Notes under the pieces: generated by a model
The model's input: only the letters and a program-made list of their open reading frames with translations
Databases searched by the model: none
Told to the model about the DNA's origin: nothing
Translations under genes and position numbers: made by a program
Shown: piece by piece, positions 1-8,708 of the stretch
How the letters are laid out: each line of letters opens with the position of its first letter
Numbering within the stretch: position 1 is the stretch's first letter
DNA from: a virus
Taxonomy: Duplodnaviria; Caudoviricetes
Length of the DNA stretch: 38,125 nt
Virus record (IMG/VR): IMGVR_UViG_3300038809_000043
Coordinates: 1 to 38,125 of that record
Reading direction: 5' to 3' (one strand)

Positions 1-303
1 TCACTCGGCAGGGCGAATCTTCCCCGCCTCCTTAGCTGCTAGGAGAGCTGCGACTTCTTGTCGCAGCCTGTCCTGATGCCGGATCACCCATAGCTCCATC
101 CCAGCCCTGCCCGTCCACTGGTTTTCGCAGGGCCTCACAGTCTGCTGCCGGTGGTCCTTGTGGTAGTCCAGCGTAACCTGCCAACGCAGCGTATCCACTC
201 GCTGGCTGATCCTGGCAACGCCCACACTATTGTGGCTGATCGTCACCGGGATCTGCTCAAGGCCAGAGGCGTACTGCCATTTGAAATCGGACGGTAGTTC
301 CAT
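1..303 (-). CDS. hypothetical protein (100 aa), terminal accessory gene
   Basis: Clean ORF downstream of tail genes, with its own candidate -10 box 7 nt upstream of the ATG. Confidence 0.7.
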   Translation of the reverse strand: MELPSDFKWQYASGLEQIPVTISHNSVGVARISQRVDTLRWQVTLDYHKDHRQQTVRPCENQWTGRAGMELWVIRHQDRLRQEVAALLAAKEAGKIRPAE

Positions 304-341
304 CCCGGGGAGGATACGCCTCCCCGTCTCAGGGGCTGCGA
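304..341 (-). promoter_or_regulatory. candidate leaderless promoter with palindromic upstream site
   Basis: Minus strand reads TCGCA-N5-TGAGA, 10 nt, TATCCT (-10), 7 nt, ATG; 8-bp inverted repeat CGGGGAGG/CCTCCCCG (306-326) overlaps the -10. Confidence 0.4.
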
Positions 342-1571
342 TCAGGCCTTGGCTTCTAGGGCCGCGACCCTAGCGGCAAGGTCGTTCAGCTGGGCCTGCT
401 GGGCTTCGATCTTGGCGTACTTCTCGTCAATCTCCCGTGCCAGAGCGCTGACCATACCGCACAGCAGCTCCTCCTTGCGGAAGCTGTACCGGTCGCCAGC
501 CTCTCGCGCGGGCTGGATCAGCTCGCGGCCAGCCTCGACGGCGGGTTCAAGCTCGTTTCCGTCCTCGTCCAGAACGGCTTCCTTCCCAGGCCACTCGTAC
601 CACTGTTCCGGCTCAGCCTCCCACTCTTCGTAGCAGAATGGGGCATTCTCAAAGGCCTCGAGCCCATGATCCTTGAACACCTGCATGGCAGCCTGCACAG
701 TCGGGCCGAAGTGCTTGCGAGCCGCCTGTCCCTCTGCCTCGCAGTTCTCGTCACCGTGCACACGGCTCAGCCAGCGCCACACGGGCGGCAGGCGGCAGAC
801 GGCTGAGAACGCCTTGAATTCAGCATCCTTCAGATGGCGCGGCTCGGTCTTTAGGCGGGCGTCGGATCCAACGATTGGGGCGTTCTGCACATATAGGTTC
901 GACCAAACTGCAGTCGATGTTCCTAGCGAAGTTGTATTGGTGGTGTTTGGCCGAACATTGTTCGCAGGATTATCGACAATCATCCTGTCGCTAATCCATG
1001 TTATGCCAGTTGCATAAGCCCTTAGATTCTTCACAGACCCAGCATAGAGGCCAATAAGCATTTGGCTTGATGTTACTGGAAGATCGTAGTAGATGTTCCC
1101 AGGGAATGAGACGTTGCTGGCGGGGTAGCTAGTAATTCTTGGCCCAGTCGTCGTGCCTCCGGCCACTTGCAATGTCAGCCTGCTCACGCCGTTTAGAACC
1201 AAGTCATCGGCTGAGATAGACGTAATGTCTGTGTTTGCTCCACTTGCTGCTGCCCCAAGTGCCGTCCTCTGCGCCACCTGGGTGGTGGCGGCAAGGAGGG
1301 CGCGGCCTACGCCGGTCAGGTCGTAGGTCGCCCATGCCGAGCCGGTGTAGTAGATCGACTTGTCGGCGGCATAGGTCAGGCCCGCGATTCCGGTCAGGTC
1401 AGTATCAAGAGGCTGGTAGGCCAGTGCGGCAGCTGGGACCGTCAGCAGCGGGGTGACGGTGCCAGCACTGCTCTTGGTCGATGGCACGCCGCTGGCATCA
1501 ATGAACAGCGTCGTCTTGCTCGCAGCCGGGGTAGTGGCCGAGGCGCCAGCGGTATTGGTAAGAACGAACAT
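342..1571 (-). CDS. tail fiber/spike protein with C-terminal intramolecular chaperone (peptidase S74-like)
   Basis: GAAASGANTDITS fiber motif, VRPNTTNTTSLGTSTAVWSNLY, autocleavage-type SDARLK, C-terminal coiled coil; last gene of tail cluster. Confidence 0.8.
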   Translation of the reverse strand: MFVLTNTAGASATTPAASKTTLFIDASGVPSTKSSAGTVTPLLTVPAAALAYQPLDTDLTGIAGLTYAADKSIYYTGSAWATYDLTGVGRALLAATTQVAQRTALGAAASGANTDITSISADDLVLNGVSRLTLQVAGGTTTGPRITSYPASNVSFPGNIYYDLPVTSSQMLIGLYAGSVKNLRAYATGITWISDRMIVDNPANNVRPNTTNTTSLGTSTAVWSNLYVQNAPIVGSDARLKTEPRHLKDAEFKAFSAVCRLPPVWRWLSRVHGDENCEAEGQAARKHFGPTVQAAMQVFKDHGLEAFENAPFCYEEWEAEPEQWYEWPGKEAVLDEDGNELEPAVEAGRELIQPAREAGDRYSFRKEELLCGMVSALAREIDEKYAKIEAQQAQLNDLAARVAALEAKA

Positions 1572-3496
1572 CAGGAAACCTCCACAAGGACGCCATCGAC
1601 CGTCATCGTTGCCCCCGTCCCGAACTCAATCGGGAGCGTGAACAAGGCCTGCCGGTTCTGCGGGACGAGATAGTTGGTGTTGTTGGCGAGGAAGAACGGC
1701 ACGGCGCCGCCCTCGACTAGCTGCGTGTACTGGGCTGAGGTGAGGTGGTAGTACTCGCCCGAGGTGCCGCCCTGCAGGCCTGGCAGGCTGTTGTGGTCGG
1801 GGGTTGCCCCGCTGCTGGCCTGAAGCGCGCCAAACTTGCTGACCGGCGCGAAGGTGGCACTCCCCAGAAGACCAAGCAGACCGCGATTGATGATCAGGTA
1901 GCACCGCAGAATCCCGTTCTCGGCGATGTTCTGCTCGGTGTTGAAGGCATCGATGGTGATGCCGTTGATCGCCGCCTGAGCGCTGGAATAGAGCTGCTGG
2001 CCGTACTGGATACGGGTTTGTCCCGACTGGAACAGGCTGATCCGCTGGACGTGCCACTGGTTTCCAAGGATCGGGATGTTGGTCAGGACACCCGGAGAGC
2101 TCTCGTACTGGTTCGGGTTGATGCTGGTGGTGTCAGCGCCCTCAGTGCCATTGCTCAGCCGGTAGCGGAACGTCAGCGCCGTCTGCGAGCTCTGGCTGAC
2201 AACGTGCGGGTCCAGGTTGTTGGCCTGGAAGTTGGAGCCCATCTTGAAGATGGATCCACCCGTCTTGTTGATGTTGAGGTTCGCGCCATTGGCGCTGTAG
2301 ACGTTGCCCGTCAGGTTCAGCGGGCCCACTGCCATCATCAGGTCGCCAACCTGATTCACTCCGGCTCGGATCGTGGCCGCCTGATCGTTGATCGCGTTGA
2401 GGTTGACGTTGTTGCTGTGCACCAGCACGCCGATCTGGGCGATTGTGCGCCGCTGAGCATTGGAGAACGGGCTTGTCTGCTGGACGATGGTCCCGCCCGG
2501 CATCTGGATGCCGACATAGGTGGCATTGGCCGAGGCGATGTTGGTCACCACCTGGGCTGAGAACGGCCCGACCGTCAGCAGAACCCGGGTTGGCTGCGTC
2601 GGGGTGACGCTCCAGTCCGTGTAGCCGATCACCGCCTGCGCCATATCGAACCGGGCATTGTTGCCCGCGTTGATCGTTAGGGCGCCGCCGTTGATGACGC
2701 CCGTAGATTCGAACAGGGCCGGTCGCCACCAGCCACGCTGACCGGCCGAGTTGGTGCTGTACTCGGTCAGCGCTGCCGGAGTCGCCTGATCGTTGTCCAG
2801 CTGCAGGATGATGCCGCCCGACCCGTTCGGCGTCACCTTGACGCTGTTCGGGCCGGTTACATCGCTGGGCTGCAGCGCAGTCACCGCCTCAGCCAGCGCC
2901 GCCAGCACCTCTGGGGCCAGAGACAGGGTTGGCAGGCCAGCAGCCGCATTCCCGTTCGCCACGTTGATCTGCTGGGCCGTACCGGTGATCGTGGCTGCCT
3001 TGGTGCCAGTGACCCGGCCTTTGCCATCCCGGGTGATCGCGAGCAGAGTGCCGGCGCCAGAGTCGGCCACATCGGCCAGGCCGAACGTGGTCACGCCATC
3101 GGGGCCGACAGTCTTCGTCAGCTCGCCGCCGTTGACCGTGATCGTGCCCGAAACGGGGAACCAGCCCTTGGTGCCAGTCGGACCGGTGCCGTAGTACTCC
3201 GTATTGCCCGGGCTGTCCTCGTCGCCCTGCAGCGTGATGATCACCACGTGCCCTGGCTGCGGGATGCCGTTCACCGCGATGGACTGCTGGCCGAGGATCT
3301 GGAAGCTGCCGCCGTCGCCGTCTTCCAGCGCCGCTACTCGGGCCGCAAGGGCTTCATAGAGCGCGCGCAGATCGTCATTGGATTGGGCCGAAGCCAACCG
3401 CAGGAAGTAGTTCGCCCACGCCTGCGTCACTCTACCTGCCTGATCGACTACCGGCTGGTCAAAGCGCGGCTGCTCGCCAGGGAATCGGTTGACCAT
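1571..3496 (-). CDS. tail fiber/structural tail protein (~641 aa)
   Basis: Start at ATG 3496 (TGATG overlap); Gly/Thr-rich with fiber-type ITRDGKGRVT and ITGTAQQINVANG segments; lies between two other tail genes. Confidence 0.7.
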   Translation of the reverse strand: MVNRFPGEQPRFDQPVVDQAGRVTQAWANYFLRLASAQSNDDLRALYEALAARVAALEDGDGGSFQILGQQSIAVNGIPQPGHVVIITLQGDEDSPGNTEYYGTGPTGTKGWFPVSGTITVNGGELTKTVGPDGVTTFGLADVADSGAGTLLAITRDGKGRVTGTKAATITGTAQQINVANGNAAAGLPTLSLAPEVLAALAEAVTALQPSDVTGPNSVKVTPNGSGGIILQLDNDQATPAALTEYSTNSAGQRGWWRPALFESTGVINGGALTINAGNNARFDMAQAVIGYTDWSVTPTQPTRVLLTVGPFSAQVVTNIASANATYVGIQMPGGTIVQQTSPFSNAQRRTIAQIGVLVHSNNVNLNAINDQAATIRAGVNQVGDLMMAVGPLNLTGNVYSANGANLNINKTGGSIFKMGSNFQANNLDPHVVSQSSQTALTFRYRLSNGTEGADTTSINPNQYESSPGVLTNIPILGNQWHVQRISLFQSGQTRIQYGQQLYSSAQAAINGITIDAFNTEQNIAENGILRCYLIINRGLLGLLGSATFAPVSKFGALQASSGATPDHNSLPGLQGGTSGEYYHLTSAQYTQLVEGGAVPFFLANNTNYLVPQNRQALFTLPIEFGTGATMTVDGVLVEVS

Positions 3497-4272
3497 CAGC
3501 TGGCTACCTTGCCGATGGCGCTCCACTGGATCGGGATCGGGCTGCTCAGGTTGTATTCACTGCCCAGCTGCGGGATGTTCAAATCCCAATAGATGGTCAG
3601 CTGCGTGGTACTGGCGGTCCAGCCCAAGCATCCGATGAAGCCAGCACCGACAACGCCGCTCCCGCGATTGATACCGACTGTGCAATAAGGAACCGCCACA
3701 TAGGCAGTCGGGAACGTAATGACCGTCGAAGAAAGCTTCGTACCGCTGGCCGGGATGCTGCCAGTGCCCCACTGCTGCAGGATGTTGCCTGTCTTGACCG
3801 AGTTGTCAGTGACAACCGGCACCGTCGGATAGGACGGGAACGACTGCAGGACGTACACGCCACCGCTGGCAACCGGAACCTTGCCGTCCGAGCCGGTCGG
3901 GTCCGGCAGCTGGAGCACATCGCCCCACAGGTAGACCGAGCCGTCATTGGTCAGGAACTTGCCAGCCTCCATCGGCGGGATCACGGCTTGGCCGGTCGAG
4001 CCATCGCTCACATCGCGAGTCCAGATCACCGCACCCAGGCTGTCGGTCAGGCGCACCGAGTAGGAGCCAGACAGCCAGATGTTCACGTTGGCCCGGCCAG
4101 AGCTATCCAGCGGCACAGGATTGGCGTTCGGGATCGTCAGCCCCTGATCAGACCACGTGAGCTTCGGCGTGGTCGTTCCGATCTCGTAGAACTGCAGGAA
4201 CCCACCGGCCACCGGCTGGTTGCTCAGCATGTCGAAATAGACCGGATTCGGGTCGTAAAAGCGTCCGCTCAT
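3496..4272 (-). CDS. tailspike/adaptor with P22 gp9-like virion-binding N-domain and small C-terminal beta domain
   Basis: N-terminus (NQPVAGGFLQFYEIGTTTP...NPVPLDSSGRA...YSVRLTD) resembles tailspike head-binding domains; C-terminal GNILQQWG...ITFPTAY typical of fiber tip domains; start placed at ATG 4272, downstream of the terminators. Confidence 0.7.
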   Translation of the reverse strand: MSGRFYDPNPVYFDMLSNQPVAGGFLQFYEIGTTTPKLTWSDQGLTIPNANPVPLDSSGRANVNIWLSGSYSVRLTDSLGAVIWTRDVSDGSTGQAVIPPMEAGKFLTNDGSVYLWGDVLQLPDPTGSDGKVPVASGGVYVLQSFPSYPTVPVVTDNSVKTGNILQQWGTGSIPASGTKLSSTVITFPTAYVAVPYCTVGINRGSGVVGAGFIGCLGWTASTTQLTIYWDLNIPQLGSEYNLSSPIPIQWSAIGKVAS

Positions 4273-4282
4273 GGGATCTCCC

Positions 4283-4343
4283 AAAGAAAAAGCCCGCTCA
4301 GGGCGGGCTTCGGGCATAAAAAAACCCGCTCAAGGCGGGATTT
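4283..4343 (-). terminator. two tandem near-duplicate Rho-independent terminators
   Basis: AAGCCCGC-TCAGG-GCGGGCTT (4290-4310) and CCCGC-TCAAG-GCGGG (4325-4339), each with an A-run on its left (U-tail on minus strand). Confidence 0.75.
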
Positions 4344-4369
4344 CGGGGTTCAGTTCGTGGGGCGGCGGG

Positions 4370-4501
4370 CTACCACCATCTGATTGCATGGATGATTGCG
4401 GCAGCCCCAAAGAGAACAGCAGCCGTAACCCATGCCCATGCCCGAATCTTGGCCGCCTTGGCGGCCCCTTCGGGGGTCATCTGTCCAGTGATCCTGATCA
4501 T
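4370..4501 (-). CDS. small membrane peptide (43 aa, MIRITGQMTPEGAAKAAKIRAWAWVTAAVLFGAAAIIHAIRWW)
   Basis: ATG at 4501 overlaps upstream TGA (TGATG); one hydrophobic helix; ends IRWW. Confidence 0.7.
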   Translation of the reverse strand: MIRITGQMTPEGAAKAAKIRAWAWVTAAVLFGAAAIIHAIRWW

Positions 4502-4632
4502 CACCACCACCGGATCCACTGCAGGGCATACGCCAGGGGTGCAGCTGCAACCAGCACGATCGCTATGCCGATACAGCACCGCATGAACGGCGAAAATGAA
4601 CCGTCAAGCTCGACTCCAGTCAACTTGCTCAT
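4501..4632 (-). CDS. small membrane peptide (43 aa, MSKLTGVELDGSFSPFMRCCIGIAIVLVAAAPLAYALQWIRWW)
   Basis: Not in ORF track; translated by hand; GAGGAAAG Shine-Dalgarno upstream; one hydrophobic helix; ends IRWW. Confidence 0.7.
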   Translation of the reverse strand: MSKLTGVELDGSFSPFMRCCIGIAIVLVAAAPLAYALQWIRWW

Positions 4633-4697
4633 ACGGAACTTTCCTCGTGTAAACTTTGCCAATGCACGCTCCTTGTTCTTGTCAAGGGGTTGATGTG

Positions 4698-4740
4698 AGA
4701 AGGCCTCGCCGGTTGCCGCCGACGGGGCTTTCGCCTTTTT
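4698..4740. promoter_or_regulatory. imperfect stem-loop, possibly terminator or leader structure of the moron
   Basis: AAGGCCTCGCCGG-TTGCCG-CCGACGGGGCTTT followed by CGCCTTTTT. Confidence 0.4.
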
Positions 4741-5080
4741 GGAGCAAGACTTCCCTGCTGCGGCCTAACTCAGGCCACACCTGGAAATCTGGGTTACTCG
4801 TCTCGGATTTCATTCTCCGACCTCCAAACTCGCCGCTCAACCGAGGAGCTGTGGCGTGTTCGGCAGAACCTTATCCTCAGGATGTCTCGGGATCTGCGTC
4901 AGAGTCAGAAATCTTTCTGTTTCTTAGGTACTGAATCAGACGCCCGGCCGGTTCCTTCCCTCCTAGTGTCCCGAAACTCGTGCTGGCGGCTTCTTCCTGT
5001 ATGAGTTCCGAAATAGGCCCCGCCAGCAGCCAGCCCAGAGGGGTGGTAGGATTCGGGCCAGATATCCACAGGCCCGGGCC

Positions 5081-5275
5081 ATGAGTAAGGAAAAGTTCGA
5101 CCTCTCCAACGTCGGCGGACAGCCGAAGGATTGGGCTCAGAAGGATCGTGAGTACCGCCAGGACTTTTCCGCCTGGAGCCGCGCAAAGCTGCTCCTTGTC
5201 CCGGCCATCTGCGTGCTAGCGATTGTTGGCGGCGTTGCCTACTTCGTTCTGAGCGCGTCCAAGTTCGGCAGCTAG
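5081..5275 (+). CDS. small membrane protein (64 aa), counter-oriented moron gene
   Basis: Charged N-terminus plus one TM helix (LLLVPAICVLAIVGGVAYFVL); extended -10-like TGGTAGGAT at ~5044-5052; convergent overlap with the ejection gene. Confidence 0.6.
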   Translation: MSKEKFDLSNVGGQPKDWAQKDREYRQDFSAWSRAKLLLVPAICVLAIVGGVAYFVLSASKFGS

Positions 5276-7336
5276 CTCTGCCATATCTGGGTCTTGCGTC
5301 TTCTCGGCCTGCTGCGTCAGATAGTTGATGAAAGCTGGCACAGATGCTTCCGGCAACGTCGTTGCCCTCGCCAGCATCTGGACAGTATTCGGGTTGGTCA
5401 GCCAGCGAGCCGCACCATTCGCCCCGAGCCCAGATGCGAGAAGCCCTGAAGTACCGCCAGTGAACAGGCTGCCTACCAGCGCAGCGCCATAGGTCATAGC
5501 AGCAGCACGGTTAGCCGTCCCCGACGGATTGGCGAACACCTGAGAACCACTCTTGACGTTGTCGGCCACTCGGGCGATCCGATCCACGTCACGGCTGAAA
5601 TCCTTCCCGTAACGGTCAAACAGGGCGCGCTTGGCCTCCGGGCTGACTCGGTTCCAGTTGGTCAGGAACGTTGCGGCGCTGAACGCCTCGCCGGTTGCGT
5701 CCTGAGCGCCAGGATTGGCTAGGCCCATGCGCTTGATCACGGCGCTGGTCACTGCCTTCTGGCCGTCCTGAGGGAGCGACTGCATCACCGCTCGCAGCGT
5801 GGTGCCACCGTCCCGTGTGCCTGACATTGCGGCGTTGTAGATCGCTTCGCCGCCGCCGTTCTTGTCGATGACGCGCTGGACCTGCTCCAAACGGTCAGCA
5901 GCTGCCCGGGTGTAGTTGTTGGCGCGCTTTGCTGCGGCCACGGCCTGCGGGCCTTGGGACTGCGCTGCAGCTTCCATATCCCGAGACAGCGAGGCATAGA
6001 GCTGCTTCAACTCACGAGTCGGCGTCTCCGGCGACAGCGAAAAGTCGCTGATCTGCTCGCCAATGTCAGTGCGGATGCGCTTGAGCGCCGAGTACGGTAT
6101 CTGGCCGCCACCCGCCTGTAGGTCGGCAGCAAGGTTCTGCTGTAGGGCTGCGATTCGCGGGTTGATCAGAGAGCCAGTAGTCTCTACAGCTCCCGGCATG
6201 GGGGTGGTCAGCTTCTGCACCGTCTGCATGGTGTTGCTCAGACCAACCGGCGTGGACTCAGGGATGAACCTGTCGGCCTGCCAGTAGAGAGCGCGCTTCT
6301 GGGCATTGACGTTCTTGGCGAACGTCTCGGCGCCACGCTCAATGGCGCGCCCTGCCCGCTCGGCGCTGGCTCGCGGAGTCAGGTCCTCGGCCAAACGACC
6401 CAGACCAGCGCCAATGTCTTCGCCCTGACGGGTAGCGAATCGGTTCATCACCCCCGCACTGGTAGGACCACCAGCCAGCAGGTTCTCGACACCCTGCACC
6501 ATACGGTTGCCCGATGCCTGCCCAACGGACGGCGTGGCGCCAAGCCGCTCAAAGTCGGCCAGCGTGTTGCGCATCTGCTCGCCCGAGCCACCGCGTACAG
6601 CCCCGCGCAATGCCGCTCCCGTTCCTGCTGCCAGTGCACCAGGGCCGAGACTTCCAGCTAGACCGGCAAGCAACTGATTCCCCTGTGATGCGCCCGACTC
6701 ACGGGCCAGAGACGACGCGCCAGAACCGCCTGCAGCGGACACCGCCTGCATCGCAGGTTGCGCCGTCAGGAAGCTCGCCAGCTGATTGGTGGCTGGGGCC
6801 GTCGCACCGCGCCCCACGTTCGCCAGGGCGTTGATGCCACCGCCGATGCCGAGGGTAAGGCCGGTGCCGGTCAGCGCCTCGCCTACATCGCCCAGGACGC
6901 GATCGCCAGAGGTCTGAGCCTGCGGCAGGCCAAGACGGTCGGCCAGCGCAGTAGCTTCCTCACGGTACGGGCGCGCCTCCTGCATCCCTACGGCGCGCGC
7001 GATGGGGTTGGCAACATAGTTGTTGAAGGCGTCGCCACCCACAGCGCCGAGCAAGCCGCCAGCACCTTGCAGAACCGACCTGGCTCCATAGGCTAGGTCA
7101 CGGGCAGCACCGGGCATCCAACCATCAGCCTGGCGTCCTGCTGCAGTGCTATCTACGGTGGAAGACACCTCCGAGAAGTCCGGAGGCAGCGCATTCACTT
7201 GAGGAAGATCGGTAATCGGCGTGTCATCCCACACCACCGTTGCCGGATCAATTCCTCCAGCCTGAGCCTGCGGCATGGGAATCGTCCTCTGCTGCGGCTC
7301 GTCATCCCAAACGATGGTGGACGGATCAATTGCCAT
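5216..7336 (-). CDS. DNA ejection/injection protein (P22 gp16 position)
   Basis: 706 aa, Ala/Gly-rich helical, third of three ejection-type genes after the gp14-like gene. Confidence 0.7.
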   Translation of the reverse strand: MAIDPSTIVWDDEPQQRTIPMPQAQAGGIDPATVVWDDTPITDLPQVNALPPDFSEVSSTVDSTAAGRQADGWMPGAARDLAYGARSVLQGAGGLLGAVGGDAFNNYVANPIARAVGMQEARPYREEATALADRLGLPQAQTSGDRVLGDVGEALTGTGLTLGIGGGINALANVGRGATAPATNQLASFLTAQPAMQAVSAAGGSGASSLARESGASQGNQLLAGLAGSLGPGALAAGTGAALRGAVRGGSGEQMRNTLADFERLGATPSVGQASGNRMVQGVENLLAGGPTSAGVMNRFATRQGEDIGAGLGRLAEDLTPRASAERAGRAIERGAETFAKNVNAQKRALYWQADRFIPESTPVGLSNTMQTVQKLTTPMPGAVETTGSLINPRIAALQQNLAADLQAGGGQIPYSALKRIRTDIGEQISDFSLSPETPTRELKQLYASLSRDMEAAAQSQGPQAVAAAKRANNYTRAAADRLEQVQRVIDKNGGGEAIYNAAMSGTRDGGTTLRAVMQSLPQDGQKAVTSAVIKRMGLANPGAQDATGEAFSAATFLTNWNRVSPEAKRALFDRYGKDFSRDVDRIARVADNVKSGSQVFANPSGTANRAAAMTYGAALVGSLFTGGTSGLLASGLGANGAARWLTNPNTVQMLARATTLPEASVPAFINYLTQQAEKTQDPDMAELAAELGRAQNEVGNAANNR

Positions 7337-8708
7337 ATTCGATGGTCCCGTCGCTGTACTGGACTACGGCGCGACCATCGGATGCGCGGCCACGACGAGT
7401 AACTGAGCGGCCTGCCGGAGCCGACGGCGCCCCCTGTGAAGGGGAGGTCTGGATCTGCTGACGAAGATCCTTCATGAAGGCCTTGAGCTGCTCAACGTTT
7501 CTCGCGTTCACTTCGGGAGCGTTATAGATCGACGGATACTTGAGGTTGGCAATCTTTGCTTCTAGATCGGACTGAGAGCCGATGCCAGGAACCCGAGTGA
7601 GAGCCAACATGTCGTTCTGAATTGCACCTACTGCAGCTTCCAACTCCTGCCCCTGCGGCGTCGGGCCAATAATCCGGCCATCGATAGGACCAGTGTCTAC
7701 AAATCGGCCTGACAGGGCTTTCATAGCTTGGTCAATGCGCGTCAGTCCACGATCAACATTGTTCAGCTGAGCAGACTTGGCCCTTTCATTGGATATCCGC
7801 TCCTGCTCTGATTTAGCCTGCTCGACAGCTCGCGCCCTTTCGGCATCGATGCGCGCTTGCTGCTCTTTCAGAATGCGGTCCTGCTCAGCAGTGTTCGCAA
7901 AGTTGTCGTTCTGAGCCTGATTGCGACCAGCTTCTGTACCGTACGCACGCTGGGCAGCAGTAGGGATGGGCACTGGGCCAGAGCGCGGCGGAAGCACCAT
8001 GTTGGACGGAACCTGCTGGCCCGCAGCCTCAGCGGCGCGGATCTGCTGCTGTACTTCGGGCGGCAGGCTCGGGTCGATGGTGTACTGGCCGGTAGCGCCC
8101 TGCATCGTGGCTTGGCCGCCACCGATGTCCACGACGGCGCCAGGGCGGCCACCGGAGGTCACCACGCCGTAAGGCAACGCTCCCTCCTGCTCCATGACCC
8201 TGATCGATGCGTTGTTCGGGCCCAGCACACGCTGGGAGCCGTCTCTCAGGATTGCGACGCGGTTGCCGTTGCCGTCGATGTAGGTCGACTGCACATTGCC
8301 ACCAATGCCCATGCTCGGTGCGTTCTCGGCCACCGCCAGCACCTGGTCGACAATCGGCATGACCGAGGCAGCGTCAAACTCGTCCGGGATCTCCGCGCCG
8401 AAGCTGCGCTTGAGGAACGGGACCGCCGAGCGGTAGATGCCAGCCTGCATCTGCGGGTTCGCCGCCGACTGCTTCAGAGACTTGGCGAGGCCGAAAAGCT
8501 GCTGCTGCTGGCGGTTTCCCTCTGCCTGGAAGGCCTTGGCGCGATCCGGGTCCAGCGCATAGGCGCGGTCTGTCGCGGCAAGGTCGCCCGCAATGACCTG
8601 CGGCCCGATCTGCTGCAGCTCCGCCAGCATGTTGCGCTGCGTTACCGCCTTCTGCCGCTCAAGGCCGTTGGCCTGCCCCCGTGCGAAGGCGTCATAGAAA
8701 TTTGCCAT
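7326..8708 (-). CDS. DNA ejection protein (P22 gp20 position)
   Basis: 460 aa Gln/Ala-rich helical; synteny. Confidence 0.65.
   Translation of the reverse strand: MANFYDAFARGQANGLERQKAVTQRNMLAELQQIGPQVIAGDLAATDRAYALDPDRAKAFQAEGNRQQQQLFGLAKSLKQSAANPQMQAGIYRSAVPFLKRSFGAEIPDEFDAASVMPIVDQVLAVAENAPSMGIGGNVQSTYIDGNGNRVAILRDGSQRVLGPNNASIRVMEQEGALPYGVVTSGGRPGAVVDIGGGQATMQGATGQYTIDPSLPPEVQQQIRAAEAAGQQVPSNMVLPPRSGPVPIPTAAQRAYGTEAGRNQAQNDNFANTAEQDRILKEQQARIDAERARAVEQAKSEQERISNERAKSAQLNNVDRGLTRIDQAMKALSGRFVDTGPIDGRIIGPTPQGQELEAAVGAIQNDMLALTRVPGIGSQSDLEAKIANLKYPSIYNAPEVNARNVEQLKAFMKDLRQQIQTSPSQGAPSAPAGRSVTRRGRASDGRAVVQYSDGTIEYGN

Noticed and set aside
342-4272. Diversity-generating retroelement or invertible tail-fiber switch
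   Set aside because: No reverse transcriptase or serine invertase, and no template/variable repeat pair or flanking inverted repeats seen
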